The translations under genes were made by a program, and so were the position numbers. From Burkholderiaceae bacterium (GTDB lineage Bacteria; Pseudomonadota; Gammaproteobacteria; Burkholderiales; Burkholderiaceae_D), in NCBI GenBank assembly GCA_040399905.1, contig JBBARG010000008.1, positions 40,650 to 104,649 on the forward strand: a stretch of DNA of 64,000 nt. Reading direction: 5' to 3'. Positions 57,342 to 64,000 of the stretch are shown here, in pieces; position 1 is the stretch's first letter, and each line of letters starts with the position of its first letter. The notes under the pieces were generated by a model. That model saw only the letters and a list, made by a program, of their open reading frames with translations. It was not told where the DNA came from and searched no databases.

Positions 57342-58745
57342 TCAATGATGTCCGTCATGCCCGCCCGATGGTTTGCGCGCCTTCAGCTCGCCTTCTACAG
57401 GCTTGCCCTTCGCTGGCATTGACTGCCCGCCTGCTGCTTGTGATGTTGCGGCCTCCGGTAGCTTGCCGGTCCACTCCCATGCCACAGTCGAGGGTGGGTG
57501 TTTGTACCAGCCGGGGTTACTGTAGTCACCTCGTTTCTGATCTTTGCGCACTTTCAGCACTGTAAACATACCGCCCATTTCAACGGAGCCGAAAGGCCCG
57601 TCTCCGGTCATCATCGGCAACGTATTTTCGGGTAGCGGCATCTCCATGTCAGCCATGTCACCCATGCCGCGCTCACCCATCACCATATAGTCCGGCACTA
57701 ACTGATTGATCTTTTCTGCTATGCCGCGATGATCAACGCCGATCATGGTCGGCACCTGATGACCCATTGCATTCATGGTGTGATGCGACTTGTGGCAATG
57801 AAAAGCCCAGTCACCGGGCTCGGTTGCTTCAAACTCGATTGCACGCATCTGCCCTACTGCGACATCGACTGTCACTTCCGGCCAGCGCGAAGCAGGTGGC
57901 GTCCATCCACCGTCGGTGCCAGTGACCATGAATTCATGACCGTGCAAATGAATAGGATGATTCGTCATCGTCAAATTACCGAAGCGGATACGTACCCGGT
58001 CACCCTGACGCACATGCATGGAATCGATGCCCGGAAAAACACGACTGTTAAAACCAAACAAATTAAAGTCGAGCATGGTGTTGACTTTGGGCGTGGCGCT
58101 GCCCGGCTCGATGTCGAAGCTGTTCAACAGAAAAACGAAGTCGCGGTCGACGCGCATGAAGTCCGGATCTTTAGGGTGCGTGACCCAGAAGCCGTACATG
58201 CCCATCGCCATCTGCACCATTTCGTCAGCATGCGGGTGGTACATGAAAGTTCCGGCACGCTTGGCCACAAATTCGTAGACGAAGGTCTTGCCCGAAGCGA
58301 TAGAGGGCTGGGTCAATCCGCTGACGCCATCCATACCATTGGGCAGACGTTGCCCATGCCAATGCACGCTTGTGGCCTCCGGCAGACGATTCGTCACAAA
58401 GAGGCGAACGCGATCGCCTTCAACCACTTCAATTGTCGGCCCCGGTGACTGGCCGTTGTAACCCCATAGCTTGGCTTTCATGCCCGGCGCGAACTCGCGT
58501 TCGACTGGCTCGGCAACGAGATGGAATTCCTTGACGCCCTGATTCATGCGCCAGGGAAGTGACCAGCCATTGAGTGTCACAACCGGATAGTACGGTCGTC
58601 CATCCGGCGGCAACGGTGGCGGCACTGTCGCCGGGCCAGTCGCAACGGCAGCTTCGGGCAAGGACGCGGCGCCGACTCGGCTAACCAAGCCAGTGCCCAA
58701 TGCGACCAGACCAGCTGTGTTGAAGAACTCTCTGCGTGAAACCAT
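57342..58745 (-). CDS. Multicopper oxidase (Tat-exported)
   Basis: SRREFF Tat signal; HWHG, MYHPH, HPIHLHGH and HCHKSHH copper motifs; Met-rich region. Confidence 0.92.
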   Translation of the reverse strand: MVSRREFFNTAGLVALGTGLVSRVGAASLPEAAVATGPATVPPPLPPDGRPYYPVVTLNGWSLPWRMNQGVKEFHLVAEPVEREFAPGMKAKLWGYNGQSPGPTIEVVEGDRVRLFVTNRLPEATSVHWHGQRLPNGMDGVSGLTQPSIASGKTFVYEFVAKRAGTFMYHPHADEMVQMAMGMYGFWVTHPKDPDFMRVDRDFVFLLNSFDIEPGSATPKVNTMLDFNLFGFNSRVFPGIDSMHVRQGDRVRIRFGNLTMTNHPIHLHGHEFMVTGTDGGWTPPASRWPEVTVDVAVGQMRAIEFEATEPGDWAFHCHKSHHTMNAMGHQVPTMIGVDHRGIAEKINQLVPDYMVMGERGMGDMADMEMPLPENTLPMMTGDGPFGSVEMGGMFTVLKVRKDQKRGDYSNPGWYKHPPSTVAWEWTGKLPEAATSQAAGGQSMPAKGKPVEGELKARKPSGGHDGHH

Positions 58746-58758
58746 GATCTGGTCCTTT

Positions 58759-60165
58759 TTAATGTGCAGCACCAGTACCGGTAATAGCGCTGGCGGCCGG
58801 GCTAGCCGGCAACGACGCAGCGAGCATGCTGCCACCATGCATGGCGAATTGCAGCTCGGTGTCGGCGACCCAGAAATCGCGCTGCGCATTGATTGCCGCA
58901 TTGATGCTGGTAATTTGCGCGCGTGAATCGACGAGTAATTCGAACACGCTGGCAAGCATGCCGTTATAGCGAAGCAGTACTTCTTCAGAGATGCGTTTTC
59001 TGAGCGGGACGATCTCGTCGCGGTAATGACGTGATACTTCAAAATTGGTGCGGTAAGCCGAATAGGATTCGCGTGCTTCGGAACGTGCCTGCACCGCTAT
59101 GTCGGCAGTGCGCTGCAGCGAGCGCATGTAGATTGACTCGGCACGCCGCGTGCGCGCCGTACCCCAGTCAAATAACGGCAGCGACAATTCGACTGTATAG
59201 CCTTCAGCAAGGTTTGATCCGGTCGCGCTTTTATTTTGATAGCCTGCTTCGAGCACATTAACAAAACGTGTACTGCGGGTCAGGCCGAGATTTTTTGCCG
59301 TTGCCTCGGTCTCGAGTTTGGCGACTTGCACATCAAGCCGCTGCGCTATGGCTTTGGATTCGATTTCGTCAGCCGACATCAATGCGATTGGCAAATCCGG
59401 CAACCTGTCCGGCAGACTGATATTGGTCTGCTGCCCAGATAAACCCAGCAAACGAACCAAGCGCTCGCGTGTGGCAGTTTCGTCATGTACCGCACGTGCT
59501 ATTTGCGCCGTGACTTCAGCATTAAACACCTGTTCGCGTGCTGCATCGAGCTTGCTCCAGTTGCCGGCCTTTGCCATTCGCTGTGCCAGCTCCGCAGCAG
59601 ACTCAGTGGCAAGACCTACCTTACGCATGTAGCTCAAAGACTGCTTGGCTGCAACGGCCTGAAAATAAGCGCGGTGCGTATCGGCGACCAGTCGCACCGC
59701 TTGCAGTGCGGTTTGTATTTGTACCTGATTGAAACGACGTTCCTCAATCGCTTTGCGAAGCGGCATTGTCAGCAAGCCACCCAGATCCAGTAGCAGGGAG
59801 CGCTCCAATTCTGTTTCACCGCTACCTGACAGCCGGCCAAATTCAAAACGCGGATTACGCACGCGCCCCGCCTGCACCAAATCTGCTTCCGCCACTCCCA
59901 AGTCGGCCAGCGCTGACTGCAAACGTTTGTTGTTGAGTAGTGCAAGCTGCGCGGCACTATCTGACGTCAATGGGGCGGCGAGTAATTTTGCGATGCGTTC
60001 CTGAGTCTGCACAGCAGAAGCTTCGCTGTCGCGCTGCACTGATTGACCGGTGCGCGCCTGCGTCAATTCAGAGACGCGGTTCAAGCCGCCGTCTGGCGAA
60101 AAACTGGCGCAACCAGCTAAGATTCCAGTCAGCGTTAAAACGGTTATGCGATTTCTTGAAATCAT
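58759..60165 (-). CDS. TolC-family outer-membrane lipoprotein associated with the copper oxidase
   Basis: Lipobox LAGC, OEP repeats (LSLPLFDWG; LRYNGML.SVFELL); directly upstream of the multicopper oxidase. Confidence 0.88.
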   Translation of the reverse strand: MISRNRITVLTLTGILAGCASFSPDGGLNRVSELTQARTGQSVQRDSEASAVQTQERIAKLLAAPLTSDSAAQLALLNNKRLQSALADLGVAEADLVQAGRVRNPRFEFGRLSGSGETELERSLLLDLGGLLTMPLRKAIEERRFNQVQIQTALQAVRLVADTHRAYFQAVAAKQSLSYMRKVGLATESAAELAQRMAKAGNWSKLDAAREQVFNAEVTAQIARAVHDETATRERLVRLLGLSGQQTNISLPDRLPDLPIALMSADEIESKAIAQRLDVQVAKLETEATAKNLGLTRSTRFVNVLEAGYQNKSATGSNLAEGYTVELSLPLFDWGTARTRRAESIYMRSLQRTADIAVQARSEARESYSAYRTNFEVSRHYRDEIVPLRKRISEEVLLRYNGMLASVFELLVDSRAQITSINAAINAQRDFWVADTELQFAMHGGSMLAASLPASPAASAITGTGAAH

Positions 60166-60304
60166 GGTTTTATTCCGGCTTGGCAGTTACAAACGTAGTC
60201 GATTTGAACACTAGACTCAAAATCAAACCCATCGTCAAGCAAACGCATGCTCTCGAAAGCCAAATCAGATCAAATCAGTTAGCGCTTTGCAACTCAGAAA
60301 ATAT

Positions 60305-60739
60305 TTAGTTGGGGTCGCGCCTTAGCTTGCGGCGGTCCAGACCTTCATAAAGCGGCGTATCGATTGCGCCCGCCACGAGATGATGCCGCTGGCGATCCAG
60401 TGTCGCAAGAACGGTAGCAATGTCGGCTGCCTGAATATTCATTTCAAGTAAAACCTGCCTCATCAGGGTAACCATTTCTTCATATGCTTGGGCAGTGATG
60501 TTAAGCGGCTGGTGTGCAGCGCGCATGGCCTCGGTGTCATAAGGGGCAACGGGTTTACCCATGATGTAGGCAACAACGGCGATCTGATGGCGCAAGAGCG
60601 CTTCTTTGCTCATGCCATCCAGGTAGCGACGCAGGACAGAATTGGCAAGCCAGCGCTCGGTCAATTTGCTCACCATTTTAGTGGCCATTGGCACGCCGCC
60701 ATACTTGTCAAACAGCGTTTGCGATGACAAATCGTTCAT
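60305..60739 (-). CDS. Group I-like truncated haemoglobin with a C-terminal tail
   Basis: LFDKYGG start, E-helix RHQ, proximal MRAAH..LNIT, short 2/2 globin length. Confidence 0.75.
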   Translation of the reverse strand: MNDLSSQTLFDKYGGVPMATKMVSKLTERWLANSVLRRYLDGMSKEALLRHQIAVVAYIMGKPVAPYDTEAMRAAHQPLNITAQAYEEMVTLMRQVLLEMNIQAADIATVLATLDRQRHHLVAGAIDTPLYEGLDRRKLRRDPN

Positions 60740-60749
60740 AACTACAAAG

Positions 60750-60777
60750 CTTATAGTTGATATGGCGCAACTATAAG
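60750..60777. promoter_or_regulatory. Perfect 10-bp inverted repeat immediately upstream of the globin
   Basis: CTTATAGTTG-atatggcg-CAACTATAAG, 10 bp from the start codon. Confidence 0.6.
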
Positions 60778-61086
60778 TTACCTTTCCGTATTAAACAATT
60801 CAAAAGCTTATATTTCGTGTAATTAAAAAAATTTTACAAATTGACTTAACTATGTGAACGCTATAAGCCATACATTTAGAAAAATTACTTTCGGCGAAGA
60901 AAGCTTCGACACTCAAATTTTAAAAGAAATACAATTTTCACGTTTAATTCCGGCCAAATCCTTGCTCATAAGTATTTAATTGGTGCAATATTTCCAAAAA
61001 GCCATATAATTCAAGGCTCTAGAAATTTTCTACCAATCTGGACTCTCTGCTGGCTGCTTTGCGCCGCGCTACCGTTTAGGAATTCT

Positions 61087-62013
61087 ATGCAACTAATGTG
61101 GGTGTCTGGCCCCACTGGTGCCGTGCGCACTATCTCAATTACCGCTCGCAAAATGCTCATCAGCATATGCGCGCTGGCGTTCGCTTTGGTTACGACGGGT
61201 TTTCTGCTTTATCTGGTCGGCTTCAAAATTGCGATTGAAATACGTCCTGAACTGGCGCGCTCACTCGGCGGCGTGACGACCGAAGCCGAGCAGGAAAAAA
61301 TGGAATCGGTTTACCGCAATCGCTTGGCCAAACTCCAGGGCATGCTTGATTCAACGTCACAAGAAATACGTCAATTACAGACGCTGAAAAACCGTTTCAT
61401 GGAAATAGCTACGCCAGTAGGATTACGCGAAAAACGCAGCGCTGAAGATGGCAAAGGCGGCCCATTCGTCTCTTCCGAGCGTGATGCAAGCAGCCCACGT
61501 CAACCGCTAACCAACACACTCGACGATGCCGTTGATGAATTCGGCCAGTTCCAAAAAGTAGTGGGCAGCATGCGTCAAGACTGGGCCAGACAACTGACAT
61601 GGCTTTACACACTTCCGACCGGCGTGCCAGTGCGTGGTGATTTTCATGTGAGCAGCGGCTTTGGCATGCGTAATGATCCGTTCACCGGCACATTGGCGCG
61701 TCATGAAGGCCTCGATTTCACTGCAGCGGCAGGCACGCACATTGTGGTGACCGCAGATGGTGTTGTGACCCGCTCTGGTTGGGAAGACACCTACGGAAAT
61801 ATTATCGAAGTCACGCATGCCGAAGGCTTCGTGACGCGCTATGCACACATCAGCAAGCGCCTGGCAGTCGAAGGGCAGAAAGTTAAACGCGGCGATCACA
61901 TTGCCGATGTGGGCAGCACCGGTCGCTCAACGGGACCACATTTGCACTATGAAGTCTTCCGCTTCGGCCGCGTATTAAATCCGGCGCAGGTTCTACCGAT
62001 TGGTAATAGCTGA
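61087..62013 (+). CDS. M23 metallopeptidase with N-terminal TM helix and coiled coil
   Basis: Intact zinc motifs HEGLD (HxxxD) and GPHLHYEV (HxH). Confidence 0.92.
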   Translation: MQLMWVSGPTGAVRTISITARKMLISICALAFALVTTGFLLYLVGFKIAIEIRPELARSLGGVTTEAEQEKMESVYRNRLAKLQGMLDSTSQEIRQLQTLKNRFMEIATPVGLREKRSAEDGKGGPFVSSERDASSPRQPLTNTLDDAVDEFGQFQKVVGSMRQDWARQLTWLYTLPTGVPVRGDFHVSSGFGMRNDPFTGTLARHEGLDFTAAAGTHIVVTADGVVTRSGWEDTYGNIIEVTHAEGFVTRYAHISKRLAVEGQKVKRGDHIADVGSTGRSTGPHLHYEVFRFGRVLNPAQVLPIGNS

Positions 62014-62170
62014 CAATCGCAACAATCGCAATATTCAATATTTGCATCAGCATCACAAGAAAACTGCTTCTGTCTGAAGCCGGATTACATTTTCTTCATG
62101 CTGCGATAAAAAAACAAGTTCACGCAGGTTCAGGTTATATTGAATCTGAGCCAGACGAGGAGAGATGCAC

Positions 62171-62602
62171 ATGTTCCGCAAATTGAAACAAAACAAAATG
62201 ATGCCGACTCAGGAGAAGTTCGACACCCTGATCGGCGCCACGACCGAAATTTACGGCCGTCTGGTGCTGCTCGATAGCGTGCGGATTGATGGCAAAGTCA
62301 TTGGCAATATCGAGACGGCCAAAGACAAAAAAGTCACGGTTGCTATTGGCCGCTCAGGTGAAGTATCAGGCGACATTACTGCACATCGCGTGATGGTAGC
62401 CGGTAAAATCGAAGGCAATATTTACGCAACCGAGCGCGCGGAATTTCACAAAGATTCAGAAGTGCGCGGGGATATTACCTACGGCACGATAGGCGTCGAG
62501 CATGGCGCCAAATTGCTTGGCCTGGTGATCCAGGCGCAAAATAATTCTAGCAGCACGACAGATGCGCAGACCGTCATAAAAATGGCGCAAGAAAAGAAGT
62601 AA
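62171..62602 (+). CDS. Bactofilin (CcmA/BacA-like) 1
   Basis: DTLIG..TEIYG.L.....VRIDGKVIGNI beta-helix repeats. AGGAG lies 8 nt before ATG at 62171 but only 2 nt before 62165. Confidence 0.9.
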   Translation: MFRKLKQNKMMPTQEKFDTLIGATTEIYGRLVLLDSVRIDGKVIGNIETAKDKKVTVAIGRSGEVSGDITAHRVMVAGKIEGNIYATERAEFHKDSEVRGDITYGTIGVEHGAKLLGLVIQAQNNSSSTTDAQTVIKMAQEKK

Positions 62603-62622
62603 TCTTTTCTTACGCCATCCGC

Positions 62623-62652
62623 AAAGCCTGATTGGAAACGATCAGGCTTTTT
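62623..62652. terminator. Bidirectional terminator between convergent bactofilins
   Basis: AAAGCCTGAT-tggaaacg-ATCAGGCTTT with A-run on the left and T-run on the right; overlaps the stop of bactofilin 2. Confidence 0.75.
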
Positions 62653-63124
62653 TCTTGAGTTCGCCTTTTACAATACCACCGCGCTGGATGGTAATGCTCT
62701 TGAAGCTGACTTTACCGTCGACCACGGCGCGACTGCCAATAGTCAGGTCGCGGCAATCAAGCGCGCCGGAGAAGTTACCTTTGACGTTCATGGTGTCGCA
62801 CGTGACATTGCCATCCAAAACACCAGATACGCCGATCTGGATCGAATGCAAAGCCAAGGTACCGCGCACTGTGCCGTCAATGGTCAGATAACCGCTGGAG
62901 CGGATCTCACCGATAAACTCGAAACCTTCACTAATAATCGAAGGCTTCAGATTACCGTTGGCTGGTTTAACTAAACCATTTCCATTGGAAGTCTGATTAT
63001 AGTCAACCTCGCTGGGTACGGTGACAGCTTCAACTTCCGGAGGCGTAGTTTCGCTGGCAGGCGGAATTGTCTCGATAGGTGAGGCCATTTTTTCCCGTTC
63101 GTCGTTACGTTTCTTGTTGAACAC
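62642..63124 (-). CDS. Bactofilin 2 with a Pro/Glu-rich N-terminal extension
   Basis: SIISEGFEFIGEI...LTIDGTVRG repeats; GTG start after an AGGA RBS. Confidence 0.87.
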   Translation of the reverse strand: MFNKKRNDEREKMASPIETIPPASETTPPEVEAVTVPSEVDYNQTSNGNGLVKPANGNLKPSIISEGFEFIGEIRSSGYLTIDGTVRGTLALHSIQIGVSGVLDGNVTCDTMNVKGNFSGALDCRDLTIGSRAVVDGKVSFKSITIQRGGIVKGELKKKA

Positions 63125-63143
63125 GTCAATGTCCTGAAATCAA

Positions 63144-63512
63144 TTAAGCAATAGAGCTTGGCAAGCTTGAAGGACTGCCATCCCCCTCGATTTTTTGCAG
63201 CGCGCCTTGCAGGTCGCCGCCCTTTTCGATTTCAATCTCTGCATACTGGACTGAGCCCAGCGCTTTACCTGTAGAGCGAATAAACAAAGATTTTTTCGCA
63301 GTCAGTGTGTCATGAATCTCGCCGCGCAAATCGATGATGTCGGCAGTGACTTTGCCTTTGATGACGCCTGAGCTGGCAACGATAAGTTCACGCGCCGTAA
63401 TTTCGCCTTCAATGCTTCCTGAAATGGATGCGATATCCGGAACGATGAAGGATCCGCTCAATACGACGCCTTCGCCGACAGTCAGACATCCACTTTGATT
63501 AGAATCTGCCAA
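63144..63512 (-). CDS. Bactofilin 3
   Basis: LTVGEGVVLSG...ISGSIEGEI...G.VQYAEIEIEKGG repeats; TTG start 5 nt after GGAGG. Confidence 0.85.
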   Translation of the reverse strand: MADSNQSGCLTVGEGVVLSGSFIVPDIASISGSIEGEITARELIVASSGVIKGKVTADIIDLRGEIHDTLTAKKSLFIRSTGKALGSVQYAEIEIEKGGDLQGALQKIEGDGSPSSLPSSIA

Positions 63513-63840
63513 CAGTGCCTCCTGGGGTTTCAGTCAAATAAAAACACATTACAAGATTGTCACTGGGAAACTGCTTCACTCGCCAAACTTTACGAAAGCA
63601 AACTTATCCCTAAACATGCCAATTTGTATCTTAGGAGAAATTATACGGTGAATTGTGCGAAAAACAGTTAAAAATTAACGCAAGTTACTAATTATCATAC
63701 TGTTTTCATGTCGCAAAGCAGCATTGCATGGTGCTTTTAGCTGTGCAGACCAGAGAAAAGAAGATCAAATTATTGAAATAAATTATTTCTCATATTGAAA
63801 ATTGAAATTAGATTTATATGACGAGAGGGCAGATAATTCA

Positions 63841-63905
63841 TTTGTCTCCTCTATATCACCTCTTCAGGTATAGATTCAGCCCGCTCCCTGAGCGGGCTTT
63901 TTTTT
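63841..63905 (+). ncRNA. Anti-Shine-Dalgarno small RNA resembling the betaproteobacterial toxic sRNA family
   Basis: 5' TGTCTCCTC seed, stem CTATAT/GTATAG around a CACCTC loop, GATTC linker, terminator AGCCCGCTC-CCT-GAGCGGGCT plus T-run. Confidence 0.7.
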
Positions 63906-64000
63906 GGCCGAAGAAAGTGACAAAACGGACACCCGCATTGTGAATGAAGAAAATGAACTAGCTCAAACCTTGAGCAGGTCAAGAATGGATTCCAGCTCCA

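Noticed and set aside
58746-59042. 99-aa N-terminal extension of the multicopper oxidase ORF
   Set aside because: It overlaps the TolC gene; the Tat signal and AAGGA RBS define the start at 58745.
63818-63943. Short plus-strand ORF starting ATGACGAGAGGG
   Set aside because: No RBS, and it reads through the terminator T-run; better explained as the sRNA.

Overview
Betaproteobacterial chromosome segment; the gene order and protein sequences suggest Burkholderiales, probably Oxalobacteraceae (inference). Bases 1-43.3 kb are conserved core: the ndk-rlmN-pilW-rodZ-ispG-hisS-yfgM-bamB-der-hfq-hflXKC string, surE-pcm-nlpD-rpoS-rlmD, and a TCA supercluster (acnA, citE-like, mdh, GntR regulator, sdhCDAB-sdhE-gltA, sucAB-lpdA-zapE). 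That cluster carries a Phd/VapC toxin-antitoxin insertion and two copies of a REPIN-like palindromic element. From about 43.3 kb the window is accessory, centred on tRNA-Pro(GGG). It holds a five-gene MerT/MerP/CusF-like metal-trafficking operon headed by a CopL/CutF-like leader, katG, a FecA-like TonB receptor, and an orphan second sdhB. It also holds a cluster of secreted low-complexity, BON and ferritin-like proteins, a fabI paralogue, a TolC plus multicopper oxidase pair, a divergent truncated globin, an M23 peptidase with three bactofilins, and an anti-Shine-Dalgarno sRNA. The best novelty candidates are: (i) the orphan sdhB under a perfect FNR box with a His-to-Arg change at the quinone site; (ii) the metal-trafficking operon lacking merA/merR; (iii) the ferritin-like pair; (iv) the three-bactofilin/M23 module; (v) the globin with a candidate c-di-GMP-binding tail. 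All family assignments come from motif recognition by eye; no searches were run.
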